Shown piece after piece: positions 50,390-59,996 of a DNA stretch of 64,000 nucleotides; position 1 is the first letter of the stretch; each line of letters opens with the position of its first letter. The notes under the pieces are model-generated. The model had not been told where the DNA came from and made no database searches. It was given only the letters and a program-made list of their open reading frames with translations. This DNA comes from Deltaproteobacteria bacterium (lineage in GTDB: Bacteria; SAR324; NAC60-12). Position numbers and translations under genes: made by a program. Location of the stretch: NCBI GenBank assembly GCA_038150265.1, contig JAYOTF010000005.1, positions 1 to 64,000 on the forward strand, in the 5' to 3' direction.

Positions 50390-52753
50390 TCAGGAAGCGC
50401 TGTTGATGGCAGCCCAGACCTTTTGCGGGGTCAGGGGCATGGCCAGATCGCTCACTCCCAGCGGGCGCAGCGCATCCACCACCGCGTTCACAATGGCCGG
50501 AGTGGAGCCGATGCAGCCGGCTTCTCCAGCACCCTTGGCACCCAGCGGGTTGTGCGGGCACGGGGTGACGTTGCCGTCCACCTCAAAGGAGATCAGGTCA
50601 TCTGCACGAGGCATGGCGTAATCCAGGAAGGTGCCGGTGGTGAGCTGACCACTTTCGTCATACACTGCGCCTTCCAGCAACGCCTGACCAATGCCCTGGG
50701 CCAGACCGCCGTGAATTTGGCCTTCCACGATCATCGGGTTGACGATGTTTCCGACGTCATCGACCGCGACGAAGCGCTTGATGGTCGTCTTGCCGGTTTC
50801 CGGATCGACTTCCACAACGGCAATGTAGGTGCCGAAGGGGTAGGTGAAGTTGGCCGGATCATAGAAGCTGTTGAACTCGATTCCGGGCTCCAGGCCTTCC
50901 GGGAAGTTGTGCGGGACGTAGGACGCGAGGGCGACTTCGCCGAAGCTGATCGACTTGTCGGTGCCCTTCACGGTCCAGCTGCCGTCGGCAAACTCGAGGT
51001 CCTGCTCCGACGCCTCCAGGAGGTGTGCCGCCACCTTGGCGCCTTTTTCCTTCACCTTCTCCAGGGCGCCCACGATGGCGCTTCCGCCGACCGCAAGGCT
51101 CCGGGATCCGTAGGTGCCCATGCCGAAGGGGACCTGCTCGGTGTCACCGTGGATGATCTCGACGTTGCTCATGTCAATGCCAAGGTGATCGGCCACCACC
51201 TGAGCAAAGGTGGTGTCGTGTCCCTGACCGTGGGAGTGGCTTCCGGTGTAGACCGACACCATGCCGGTCGGTTGCACACGGACGTTGGCGCTCTCAAAGA
51301 GTCCGGCCCGTGCCCCGAGGGAGCCCACCACCGCCGACGGCGCGATGCCGCAGGCTTCGATGTAGGACGAGAAGCCAATGCCGATGTAGCGGCCTTGCTT
51401 GCGGGCTTCTTCCTGCTCCTTGCGCAGCTCGTCGTAGCCGATGATGTCCAGGGCCTTGCGCATGGCTGCTTCGTAGTTGCCGCTGTCGTACTGCAGGGCC
51501 ACCTGGGTCTGGTACCCCGGTTGGTCCACCCCGTCAAAGGCCGGAATGAAGTTCTTCATGCGCAGCTCCGCCGGGTCCATGCCCATCTCGGCAGCAGCGG
51601 TGTCCATGAGCCGCTCCAGCAGGTAGGTGGCTTCCGGACGTCCGGCCCCCCGGTAGGCGTCCACAGCAGTGGTGTTGGTGAACACGGCGTTCACACTGAC
51701 GTACACTGCCGGTGTGGTGTACTGTCCCTGCAGCAGGGTTCCATACAGGTAGGTGGGCACTGCCGTGGAGAAGGTGGACAGGTACGCGCCAATGTTGGCA
51801 TCGGTGTGCACCTTGAGCGCCGTCAGCTTGCCGTCGGCATCAAAGCCCATCTGAGCCGTGGTGTGGTGGTCGCGTCCGTGTGCATCGGTGACAAACGCTT
51901 CGCTGCGCTCGGAGGTCCACTTGATCGGGCGTCCAATCTGCTTGGAGGCCCAGGTGACGAGGGCTTCTTCGGTGTAGTGATAGATCTTGCTGCCGAAGCC
52001 GCCACCGACGTCTTTGGCCACCACACGGACCTTGTGCTCGGGAATGCCAAGCACAAAGGCACACATCAGCAGGCGAATCACGTGCGGATTCTGCGAGGAC
52101 GTGTAGAGCGTGTAATTGTCGCGAGACGCGTCGTAGTCGCCGATGTAGCTGCGTGGCTCAATCGGGTTCGGCACCAGACGCTGGTTGCGGATCTTCATGG
52201 AGGTGACGTGAGCGGCTTTGGCCAGCCCTTCGTCAGCCGCCGACGCATCTCCGAGTTCCCAGTCAAAGACGAGGTTGTCCGGAAGCTCGTCGTGCACCTT
52301 TGCTGCACCCGGCTTGAGGGCATCCACCGATTCCACCACCACGGGCAGCTCCTCGTAGTCCACTTCAATCAGGTCTGCCGCATCACGGGCCTGAGCCTTG
52401 GTTTCGGCAATGACCACGGCCACGCTGTCGCCCACGTGTCGGACCTTGTCGTGTACCAGCAGCGGGTGCTTGGGCTCCCGCATGGTCTCTCCGCTCTTGA
52501 AGTTGACCTGCCAGCCGCAGGGCACTCCGTTGACTTCCTGGACGTCTGCTCCCGTAAAGACGGCCACCACTCCAGGGGCTGCCTTGGCGGCAGAGGTGTC
52601 AATGCTCTTGATGCGGGCGTGAGCCAGCTGGCTGCGCAGGATGTACGCGTGCGTCATGCGGTGCAGCACAATGTCGTCGGTGTAGGTGCCCTTTCCGGTA
52701 ATAAACCGTTGGTCCTCTACCCGCTTAATCGCTTGTCCAATGTATTTGCCCAT
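50390..52753 (-). CDS. coxL: Molybdenum hydroxylase large subunit, form II CoxL-like
   Basis: [30 protein letters not shown] (form II), HGQGH, TYGSRS, GAKGAGE. Confidence 0.9.
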   Translation of the reverse strand: MGKYIGQAIKRVEDQRFITGKGTYTDDIVLHRMTHAYILRSQLAHARIKSIDTSAAKAAPGVVAVFTGADVQEVNGVPCGWQVNFKSGETMREPKHPLLVHDKVRHVGDSVAVVIAETKAQARDAADLIEVDYEELPVVVESVDALKPGAAKVHDELPDNLVFDWELGDASAADEGLAKAAHVTSMKIRNQRLVPNPIEPRSYIGDYDASRDNYTLYTSSQNPHVIRLLMCAFVLGIPEHKVRVVAKDVGGGFGSKIYHYTEEALVTWASKQIGRPIKWTSERSEAFVTDAHGRDHHTTAQMGFDADGKLTALKVHTDANIGAYLSTFSTAVPTYLYGTLLQGQYTTPAVYVSVNAVFTNTTAVDAYRGAGRPEATYLLERLMDTAAAEMGMDPAELRMKNFIPAFDGVDQPGYQTQVALQYDSGNYEAAMRKALDIIGYDELRKEQEEARKQGRYIGIGFSSYIEACGIAPSAVVGSLGARAGLFESANVRVQPTGMVSVYTGSHSHGQGHDTTFAQVVADHLGIDMSNVEIIHGDTEQVPFGMGTYGSRSLAVGGSAIVGALEKVKEKGAKVAAHLLEASEQDLEFADGSWTVKGTDKSISFGEVALASYVPHNFPEGLEPGIEFNSFYDPANFTYPFGTYIAVVEVDPETGKTTIKRFVAVDDVGNIVNPMIVEGQIHGGLAQGIGQALLEGAVYDESGQLTTGTFLDYAMPRADDLISFEVDGNVTPCPHNPLGAKGAGEAGCIGSTPAIVNAVVDALRPLGVSDLAMPLTPQKVWAAINSAS

Positions 52754-52763
52754 GAATTCCTCC

Positions 52764-53225
52764 TTATGCGGACTGGTCAGCGGCCCACTGAACGGCCTTG
52801 ACGATGTTGTCGTATCCCGTGCAGCGGCAGAAGTTTCCTTCGAGCGCATGCCGGATTTCTTGTTCGGAAGGCTTGGGGTTGCGTTGGAGCAACTGCCAGG
52901 AACTCATGATCATCCCCGGGGTGCAGTAGCCACACTGCAAGCCATGCTTCTCGCGGAAGCCCTCTTGAAGGGGGTGGAGCGTTCCGTTGGAAGCCAGCCC
53001 TTCAATCGTGGTGATTTCTGCGCCATCGCACTGCACAGCCAACAGGGTGCAGGACTTGACGGATTCGCCATTGACAACAATGGTGCAGGCCCCACAGCTG
53101 CTGGTATCACAGCCAACGTGGGTGCCGGTCAAACTGAGGTTTTCGCGCAAAAACTGCACGAGCAGGGTTCGTGGCTCGACGTCTTGGGAGACAGTCGCGC
53201 CGTTGACGGTCATCGTGACTTGCAT
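52764..53225 (-). CDS. coxS: Molybdenum hydroxylase 2Fe-2S subunit
   Basis: [32 protein letters not shown]. Confidence 0.93.
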   Translation of the reverse strand: MQVTMTVNGATVSQDVEPRTLLVQFLRENLSLTGTHVGCDTSSCGACTIVVNGESVKSCTLLAVQCDGAEITTIEGLASNGTLHPLQEGFREKHGLQCGYCTPGMIMSSWQLLQRNPKPSEQEIRHALEGNFCRCTGYDNIVKAVQWAADQSA

Positions 53226-53290
53226 GGTGGGTCCTCCTTCTAATTTGGGAGAGAGGGTTAAGGCGCCTCGTGAGAGCAGAAAGCGCGAAT

Positions 53291-53361
53291 GTGATAGCAC
53301 GCGGTGCTACCGAAAGTCAATGATTCCGAGTGTTGACACCCGAAAAGCCCTTGGCTAAGGT
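53291..53361. promoter_or_regulatory. Divergent sigma70-type promoters with a palindromic operator
   Basis: Minus TTGACT-N18-TATCAC (53320-53291) containing TAGCAC-GCG-GTGCTA (53295-53309); plus TTGACA-N17-TAAGGT (53333-53361). Confidence 0.6.
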
Positions 53362-53393
53362 GAGTCCGCACCTTAGACCGCACAGGAGGGTTT

Positions 53394-53822
53394 GTGACGC
53401 ATCGTTACCGAAAATGGTTCTTCCTCACTGCGACCTGCTGGAGCCTGACCCTGGGAACCGGCACCGCCCAGCCGGCTTCAGGCAACACCCCTGCCGCCCA
53501 GCGGCACGCCGACTTTGCCTGGGAGCGCCTCCGGGGGTGGGAACTGCAGTCCGTGGAAGCGACCTTCGAAGGCTTCGTCTGCGTGACCACCCTCAAGGGA
53601 GGAGTCGGGTTCCGACGCAAGGTCCTCCAGCAGCAGGAGGAGGCGCGCCAGCTGTTTTCCGACCTCCGGGCCCATGCGATTGAAGCCTCTGGAAGTGTCG
53701 GGTGTGTGGTCTATGCCTCCAGTCAGGGCCGGCAGTTTGCGGAGGCGGCGGTCCGGAGCTTCCTGGATCGGAGCAAGAGCATGGTCTACTTCTATGGGGC
53801 GGCGCCCCAGGTGCAGCCGTGA
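53394..53822 (+). CDS. Hypothetical exported protein
   Basis: AGGAGG SD, GTG start, signal-like N-terminus, own promoter. Confidence 0.7.
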   Translation: MTHRYRKWFFLTATCWSLTLGTGTAQPASGNTPAAQRHADFAWERLRGWELQSVEATFEGFVCVTTLKGGVGFRRKVLQQQEEARQLFSDLRAHAIEASGSVGCVVYASSQGRQFAEAAVRSFLDRSKSMVYFYGAAPQVQP

Positions 53823-53830
53823 AGGGGCCG

Positions 53831-54394
53831 CTAGCTCCGAGGCACCGGAGCCACCGCTTCCATGGGCAACCCGGCTGCTTCCCAGGCCTCAATTCCGTCC
53901 TTGAACCAGGCGATGTGCGAGTAGCCCATTTCGGAGACACGCTTGACGGCGTTCCAGGACATCCAGCAATTTGCTGTGCAGTAGAACACAATCCGGACCT
54001 CCGGATCAACAGCTGTTTGCGTCCTCATGAAATCCGAAAGGTAATTGAGCCACTCGGGGAGCAAGTCGCCGTGTCCAACGTTGGGAAGCCAGTAGCTGCC
54101 CGCAATGGCACGGTGGGGCTCGTCCCAGATGAAGCGCCCACTTCGGAACAGGGTGGGCTGAACGTCCACCAGCACCAGCGGCTTCCCGTCCTGCCGCATG
54201 GCTTCCAGTTCCGCGACATGAACGGTCGCACCGCCTTCCGCCGCTTCTGGGGTCGGAAAGCTGTAGTGCATGATCCGGTAGCCATCGATGGTGAAGTATT
54301 CGTCTTCCCAATCATCCGAGGCTCCGGTATCCTGCGACCAAGCCGTGCTGCTCAGCAGCACTACTCCTAAAACTCCCACCACGAACCGCCTCAT
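53831..54394 (-). CDS. PQQ-catabolism-associated CXXCW rhodanese-domain protein
   Basis: GSYWLPNVG, FYCTANCWMSWNAVKR, GYSHIAWF.DG; signal peptide MRRFVVG. Confidence 0.9.
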   Translation of the reverse strand: MRRFVVGVLGVVLLSSTAWSQDTGASDDWEDEYFTIDGYRIMHYSFPTPEAAEGGATVHVAELEAMRQDGKPLVLVDVQPTLFRSGRFIWDEPHRAIAGSYWLPNVGHGDLLPEWLNYLSDFMRTQTAVDPEVRIVFYCTANCWMSWNAVKRVSEMGYSHIAWFKDGIEAWEAAGLPMEAVAPVPRS

Positions 54395-54953
54395 GAAACT
54401 CATCTTTGCCTTTTTTGTGTTTGTGCTGCTTGGCACACCAGCCGTCCTCCAGGCGGAAGGAGGAACGGAAAATACGGGGGTTGCCGCCCTGAAGGCCTAT
54501 GCGGTCTTCAAAATGGGACGCTACGAAGAGTCCCTGGCCATGTGGCAAGCGCTCTCGGATCAGGGCAACACCACCGCCATGATCAACCTTGCCAACCAGT
54601 ACGAAAAGGGCCTAGGGACCCCGAAGGACCTCGATCAGTCCACCTTCTGGCTCACCAGGGCGGCGGATCTGGGAGATCCGGTGGCGCAGTTGAACCTTGG
54701 CCTGGCCTATGAAGAAGGCCTCGGGGTGGAAAAGAACAACCGCACGGCTGCTCAGTACTTCCGGAAGGCAGCGGAGCAAGGCGACCGCGACGCTCAGTTC
54801 AACCTCGGTGTGATGCTGGCCACCAATTATGGAACCGACGCTCCTCCGGATGCGACGACTGTTGCCGAGGCCCGACGCTGGCTGACGGCAGCCAAAGAGG
54901 CCCGTCATCCGGACGCCGGTACCTTCTTGCAACTGCTTCCGCAGGAGCCGTGA
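54393..54953 (+). CDS. Sel1-repeat exported protein, antisense to the surrounding operon
   Basis: Signal peptide; AMINLANQYEKGLG, AQLNLGLAYEEGLG, AQFNLGVM repeats. Confidence 0.9.
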   Translation: MKLIFAFFVFVLLGTPAVLQAEGGTENTGVAALKAYAVFKMGRYEESLAMWQALSDQGNTTAMINLANQYEKGLGTPKDLDQSTFWLTRAADLGDPVAQLNLGLAYEEGLGVEKNNRTAAQYFRKAAEQGDRDAQFNLGVMLATNYGTDAPPDATTVAEARRWLTAAKEARHPDAGTFLQLLPQEP

Positions 54954-55931
54954 TCAGCCTTCGGGCAGCACCCGGACCCCCCACGGGAAGCGTCCCACCT
55001 TGATGGACTTGAGCACCTTCAGGTCCTCCACGTCAATCACCGACACATCGCCACTGACCCCGTTGGTGGTGAGCAGCCGTTTTCCGTCGGGCGTGAGGTC
55101 CATGTGCCACACGCGCCGTCCCACCAGCAGGTACTTTTCCACTTCATAGGTTTCCGTGTTGACGACGGCCACGTGGTTGGCCGGCCCCAGGGCCACAAAG
55201 GCGAGGGTCTCATCCTGGTTGAAGCGGATGCCCACGGGCTGAATGCGGTTGGGGTGGATGCCCCGGATCTTGAAGCCGAACTCCTTGACGGGTTCCTGCG
55301 TGGCCACATCAATCACGTGAATGGTCCCGCCGATCTCAGCCGAAGCCCAGACCAGGTTGCGGGTGTGCATGAACTCCACGTGCCGGGGACGCTGTCCCAC
55401 GAGTGTGTTGTGGACCAACTCCCGGGTTTCGGTGTTGATCCAGTGCAGCATGTTGGTGGTTTCAGACGTGTTGATCGCCCACTTGCCGTCTGGACTCACC
55501 GCCATGCCTTCCGGCTCCACGCCCACGTCAATCTGAGCCAGCACCTCCCGGGTTTCAGTATCGACAACGGTGGCAATGTTGTCGTTCTCATTGGAAATGT
55601 AGAGGTCCCGGTTGTTGGGGTGCAGGGCAAACTGTTCCGGATCCTCTCCAGAGGGCAGGTTGTGGGTGATCGTCCGGGTGGCGACATCCAGCACCTGCAC
55701 GGTGTTGTCATCGCTGGCACAGATGAACAGGTGCTTGAAGTCCTTGCTGAAGATGATGCCCCGTGGACGCAGCCCAACGGGAATCGTTTCGACCAGCTCG
55801 AGGGTCTTGAGGTCGATGACCGACAGGGTGTTGTCCTTCTCATTGGAAACCCACGCGGTTTGAGCCAGCGTCCATCCGGCTGAGCTGAGCCCCAGCACGC
55901 CCAGCACCCCCACTTTCCAGAGCTTAATCAT
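54954..55931 (-). CDS. PQQ-catabolism-associated YVTN beta-propeller protein
   Basis: VSNEKDNTLSVID, RPRGI, LPSGEDPE, GVEPEGMAVSPDG, ALGPANHVA, TNGVSGD, VGRFPWG. Confidence 0.92.
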   Translation of the reverse strand: MIKLWKVGVLGVLGLSSAGWTLAQTAWVSNEKDNTLSVIDLKTLELVETIPVGLRPRGIIFSKDFKHLFICASDDNTVQVLDVATRTITHNLPSGEDPEQFALHPNNRDLYISNENDNIATVVDTETREVLAQIDVGVEPEGMAVSPDGKWAINTSETTNMLHWINTETRELVHNTLVGQRPRHVEFMHTRNLVWASAEIGGTIHVIDVATQEPVKEFGFKIRGIHPNRIQPVGIRFNQDETLAFVALGPANHVAVVNTETYEVEKYLLVGRRVWHMDLTPDGKRLLTTNGVSGDVSVIDVEDLKVLKSIKVGRFPWGVRVLPEG

Positions 55932-56352
55932 CGTCTTCCTCGTCAAATTTGGATTTCTCTTCGTTCAGGACGCCGGCTTCAATGACGGCCTCGGCAATTC
56001 CTGCCTGGGCAACAATGCCGTCCCACGGCATGCCTGCGCGCCACTCGCCCTCATACATCGCCATGTCGGCACTGGCTTCCAGGCAGAGGCCTGAGGCAAT
56101 TTCGGGATCGACCTCTTCCACCTCATCGGCTTCGACCGCCGCACAGATTTCCAGGCTTCCATAAAAGTACCCCACGCCCTGGCCGTGAGGGACCCCGTCC
56201 TGGTCCTCTCCTTCGTACTCGGCCAGGTAGGCGTCCGGAAGCTCGGGTGTCCAGGTGAGGTCTTCGGTCAGGTAGAGTGAGTTGGCCAAGGTGGCTCCCG
56301 GCAGCAAACAGGTGCCCAGAAGCCCGATCAACAGAGAAGCAGTCGGTCTCAT
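55924..56352 (-). CDS. Acidic exported protein with MORN-like motifs
   Basis: Signal peptide; YEGEDQDGVPHGQG and YEGEWRAGMPWDG; overlaps both neighbours. Confidence 0.75.
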   Translation of the reverse strand: MRPTASLLIGLLGTCLLPGATLANSLYLTEDLTWTPELPDAYLAEYEGEDQDGVPHGQGVGYFYGSLEICAAVEADEVEEVDPEIASGLCLEASADMAMYEGEWRAGMPWDGIVAQAGIAEAVIEAGVLNEEKSKFDEEDDD

Positions 56353-57527
56353 TGAAAGGCAGTACATTGGGATTCAGGTTGATCAAAGCCCAGGGTATCC
56401 AGCTCCGTTTTCGGGTGCAAAAACCCCTGTTGCGGAGACGTGGAAACGAGGGCACGTGGATGAACCAGCGGGATGGTCTGACGCAACTGGCCGTTCCAGG
56501 ACCGGAAGTTCAGGCTCAGCCCCTTGAAGCCGGCAATCTTGAGCTGATCGCCAAGGAGGTACGTCCGGAGCGTTGTCGGGTCGGCGGCCTTGGTGCGAGT
56601 GACCGCCTCGCCGATGGCCCGCATCGCCACCCAGGCGGCATAATCCCGGGCCCGCATGTCACGGTCGGCGAGGCGCTGAAAGCGTTCCTGCAGCTGCACG
56701 GCGCCCCACTGCTCCACCACGCGGTCCCAGGTGGTGGCCACGAGTCCCTGAGTTCCCGCGACTGGGCGGGGGTCTCGGGTGTGGTAGGGCAGGTATTCGC
56801 CAAAGTCTCCGATTTCATCGGCCACGACGAGGATGTCGTACTCCTCTGGAATTTGCGTGAACAGGGGGAATTCCTGCTGCGCCAGCCGGCGCATGTCCGA
56901 GTCGAAGGTCCATTGCTTCTCGGCAACAATCTTGATGCCATACCGCTTGGCTGTCCGCTTGAGGGACGCGACGTAGAGCCGGTCGCCCGGCTTGTTTCCG
57001 GAGATGAGGAACCAGCGCTTCCACTTCATGGCAAGCAGGTACTGCCCGAGCGCATCAGTGAGCATGGCGCGGCTGGGCAGGGTGTGCAGCAGGTTGGCCT
57101 GGCACTGTTCCTCGCGGAGGGCATTTTCCGGGGCTCCCGCATTGAAAAGCAGCACATCGGAGCCGGTGGCCAATTCGGCTGCGCGTTGGGTTTCTGCCGC
57201 CGGTGCATTGAGAACCAGGTACTGGGTTCCGGAGGCAAGGACCTCCTGAACCGCAGCCTCCCAGTCTCCGCCAGTGGGAACCACGACTTCCTGCAACGTG
57301 TAGCTTTGTCCGAGAAAGCGTCCGGAGGCGAGGTTGTCCTGAATGCCAAGCCGAGCCCCCTGGAGGCCGAGGTCTTCTGGAACTTCATCCAGGTTGGAAA
57401 GCACCGGGGGGCGTTCCACTTGTTGCTCCAGGTACGTGACTGCGACCTCGAGTTTGGAGTTCGATTGCCCCCAGCCGGGAGCGGCGAGAACCATCAGAGC
57501 AGTGATCAGGAGGAGACGGAGCTTCAT
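56349..57527 (-). CDS. ABC substrate-binding protein of the PQQ alcohol dehydrogenase system (LutA-like)
   Basis: GARLGIQDN, HTLPSRAMLTDAL, ADEIGDFG, EQWGAVQLQERF, FKG..LNFRSWNGQLRQ, LDTLGFD. Confidence 0.9.
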   Translation of the reverse strand: MKLRLLLITALMVLAAPGWGQSNSKLEVAVTYLEQQVERPPVLSNLDEVPEDLGLQGARLGIQDNLASGRFLGQSYTLQEVVVPTGGDWEAAVQEVLASGTQYLVLNAPAAETQRAAELATGSDVLLFNAGAPENALREEQCQANLLHTLPSRAMLTDALGQYLLAMKWKRWFLISGNKPGDRLYVASLKRTAKRYGIKIVAEKQWTFDSDMRRLAQQEFPLFTQIPEEYDILVVADEIGDFGEYLPYHTRDPRPVAGTQGLVATTWDRVVEQWGAVQLQERFQRLADRDMRARDYAAWVAMRAIGEAVTRTKAADPTTLRTYLLGDQLKIAGFKGLSLNFRSWNGQLRQTIPLVHPRALVSTSPQQGFLHPKTELDTLGFDQPESQCTAFQ

Positions 57528-58465
57528 TGCGGCGTCTGGATCAGAGAAAAGGTTTGGGCTTCGTATTTGGGATAAAGGTGAACCACGGAGCGTGCCAGCT
57601 CTTCCCGGAAGAGGGCAATGCTTTCAAACTCCTTGGGTGTGGGAGTTTGCATGACCTCGTTCATGTTCCGTCCCTTCATGCTGGCCCGCGCAAAGACCTC
57701 ATGAAGCCACTGCAGGTGCTTCTGCGTCTGCTGGATGGGGCGGGTATCGGTGGCCGTTTCGCCATGTCCGGGCACCAGGAGGGTGAAGGGGAGCTGTTCC
57801 AACTCCTTGAGCGATTCCAGCCAGGCCGCAATCTGCGCATGCGGGGTCGCCAGGGCCCGGTTGTGGAAGACAATGTCTCCGGCAAACAGCACACCGGTGG
57901 TTTCATCAAAGATCGCCAGGTCGGCGCTCGTGTGGCCATGCAGGGCGATCAGGCGCAGGCGGTGCCCGCCAAACTCAACAGTCCCCGGAGCAAGCGTGTG
58001 TTGGGGAAGCCGCACATCGGTTCCCTGCATCGGGGCGCCGACGAGGCGGTAGAGGTTGTCCAGAAAGCCGGGGCCCTGCGTCTTGAGGCCCTCAATGGTC
58101 TTCGGAAGCGCATGGAGCTGATCGGCGTCAAAGGCCTGGTTGCCAAAGGCATGATCCGGGTGGTGGTGGGTGATCCAGACCTGCCAGATGGGCTGATCCG
58201 TCACCGTGGCAATGGCCTCCCGGAGCGCCTCGCCATAGAGCTTCGAGGGGCCGGAGTCGATCACGAGCACCCCCTCCGGAGTGGTCACGAAGGAGATGTT
58301 GACAATGTTGCCGTGATTCTCCCGAGCGAGCCCCTCCTTTTTGCCAAACAGCACATACGTGTCCGGCGCCACCTGCTGGGGCTTGAGGTCGTAGAAGGAC
58401 TTGCTCCAGCCAGGACTTGGCAGGAACAGCAGGCTGATCAGGCAGAGGCGGAGCAGCGGCATCAT
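57524..58465 (-). CDS. Quinoprotein relay zinc metallohydrolase (MBL fold, SoxH-like)
   Basis: IDSGPSKLYG, THHHPDHAFGN, GHTSADL, AGD, PGHG. Confidence 0.88.
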   Translation of the reverse strand: MMPLLRLCLISLLFLPSPGWSKSFYDLKPQQVAPDTYVLFGKKEGLARENHGNIVNISFVTTPEGVLVIDSGPSKLYGEALREAIATVTDQPIWQVWITHHHPDHAFGNQAFDADQLHALPKTIEGLKTQGPGFLDNLYRLVGAPMQGTDVRLPQHTLAPGTVEFGGHRLRLIALHGHTSADLAIFDETTGVLFAGDIVFHNRALATPHAQIAAWLESLKELEQLPFTLLVPGHGETATDTRPIQQTQKHLQWLHEVFARASMKGRNMNEVMQTPTPKEFESIALFREELARSVVHLYPKYEAQTFSLIQTPQ

Positions 58466-59268
58466 TGCATGGGAAACTGTGAAGCCAGCAGGTCCGGAAG
58501 GCGCGTTTGGGATTCAATCACGCCTTCGACCTGGAGGCCATTGTTGTCACGGAAGGTGACCCGGTAGCCGGACTCAGCGTGGTGCGGATCCAGCGTCAGG
58601 GTGGGATTTTCCGCAACGGGCTCATGGAGGCGCAGGCGTCCGAGCAACTCGTCAGTGCTGGCCTCTCGAACTTCCACCGTTTCAATGATGAAGACGGGGA
58701 TGCCGTCACTGAGTCCGGTGTCCATGGGGTGCATCAGGCGCACACGCAGGCGGTCGGTGGAGTCGTTTTCCGGCCAGACCTGTCCCCAGAGCTCGCCGTA
58801 GTGGTCCTCCCACGAGGCAATCTGCTGGCCGACGCTGGGCGTGGTGCAGCCTCCTCCTGCCGCATCGATGTAGGCTCCACCCACGTGCCAGACGCCATCG
58901 GTGGTGCGCATGGCAGCTCGGACCACGGTGCCCTGCTGGACCTTGAGGCGTACGGAAATCGAGGGATCGGCGTGAACGGGCTCATACGAGAGGACCCGGA
59001 TGATCGGGTTGAGGTCTGCCATGATCCGGACTTCCTCCACCTGGCCGTCTCCCCTCCAGTAGGCACTGACGGGGACCTGCATGCTGTCTTCTGCAGAGGC
59101 AGGAAGCAGCACCTCTACCTGCGAGTCAAAGGCCACTGGGCCTCCGTCCAGGTGGTGCTCATGCACGTACTCCCACATGGGGGACTGGTAGGGGTCTTCC
59201 GGGACAGCGGCCCACGCGGTCAGGCCTCCTAGCAGGGCCACCGTGGTGGCCAGGAACGATTTGATCAT
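58462..59268 (-). CDS. Quinoprotein dehydrogenase-associated SoxYZ-like fused carrier
   Basis: DLNPI, IDAAGGGCT (SoxY-like arm), HPMDTGL, AENP (SoxZ-like). Confidence 0.88.
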   Translation of the reverse strand: MIKSFLATTVALLGGLTAWAAVPEDPYQSPMWEYVHEHHLDGGPVAFDSQVEVLLPASAEDSMQVPVSAYWRGDGQVEEVRIMADLNPIIRVLSYEPVHADPSISVRLKVQQGTVVRAAMRTTDGVWHVGGAYIDAAGGGCTTPSVGQQIASWEDHYGELWGQVWPENDSTDRLRVRLMHPMDTGLSDGIPVFIIETVEVREASTDELLGRLRLHEPVAENPTLTLDPHHAESGYRVTFRDNNGLQVEGVIESQTRLPDLLASQFPMQ

Positions 59269-59984
59269 GCTTCCTCCTTATCAGGTGCGGAAAAGGTAAG
59301 CTCGCGACGCAACTCGGCCAGAAACTCGGCGTTTCGGTGTTCCCGAGGCTGGGTCAGGTGAGTCTCGTGTACAATGCCCCGGGCTTCCGGGCTGAAGAAC
59401 AGGACTCGGTCGGCCAACTCCAGCGCCTCGTTGAGGTCGTGGGTGACAAAGAGCACCGCGCACTGGCGTTCCTCCCACAGCTCAAGGAGCAGGCGGCGGA
59501 GCAAAGCCGCGTTTTCTTCATCAAGTGAAACAAATGGCTCATCAAGCAGCAACAGGTCCGGCTGAATCGAGAACGCGCGGGCCAGCGAAACGCGACGGGC
59601 CATGCCCAGTGAGAGGTCTCCGGGATACGCCTGTCGGTAGTCGAGCAGGCCCATGCGCTTCAGGTAGCGGAGCGGGCGGTCGCTGGACCGTTCTTCCGGA
59701 GGCAGCACCAGCCGGAGGTTCTGCTCAATGGTCCGCCATGGCAGCAGCGTGGGCTCTTGAAAGACATACGCCAGCCGCTGCTCAGGCGCTTGGTCAAAGC
59801 GGCCCTCGAAGTGCGGGTCAATGCCGGCGATGAGGTTCAAGAGGGTCGTCTTGCCACACCCGGAAGGGCCTGAGAGGGCAATGAACTCCCCTGGTGCCAC
59901 GGTGATGGAAACATTTTCCAAAACCACCCGGGGAGGCTCGCCTGCGCGTCCCGGAAAGGCCTTGCGTTCCAGATCAATCTGCAA
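59265..59984 (-). CDS. ABC ATPase (SsuB/TauB-like)
   Basis: GPSGCGKTT, FQEPTLLPW, LSLGMARR, LDEPFVSLD, VTHD. Confidence 0.9.
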   Translation of the reverse strand: MQIDLERKAFPGRAGEPPRVVLENVSITVAPGEFIALSGPSGCGKTTLLNLIAGIDPHFEGRFDQAPEQRLAYVFQEPTLLPWRTIEQNLRLVLPPEERSSDRPLRYLKRMGLLDYRQAYPGDLSLGMARRVSLARAFSIQPDLLLLDEPFVSLDEENAALLRRLLLELWEERQCAVLFVTHDLNEALELADRVLFFSPEARGIVHETHLTQPREHRNAEFLAELRRELTFSAPDKEEA

Positions 59985-59996
59985 CTGCCCTCACTT

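Noticed and set aside
50390..52753. True aerobic CO dehydrogenase (form I)
   Set aside because: Has AYRGAGR rather than AYxCSFR, S-L-M order, no accessory genes
50315..52801. 828-aa plus-strand ORF
   Set aside because: Antisense shadow of coxL caused by GC3 bias; no motifs
55924..56352. Lanmodulin or EF-hand protein
   Set aside because: EDQDG is part of a MORN-like motif; no repeated 12-residue EF loops
58462..59268. Sox thiosulfate oxidation pathway
   Set aside because: Fused SoxYZ-like protein with internal GGGC in a PQQ context; no soxABCDX
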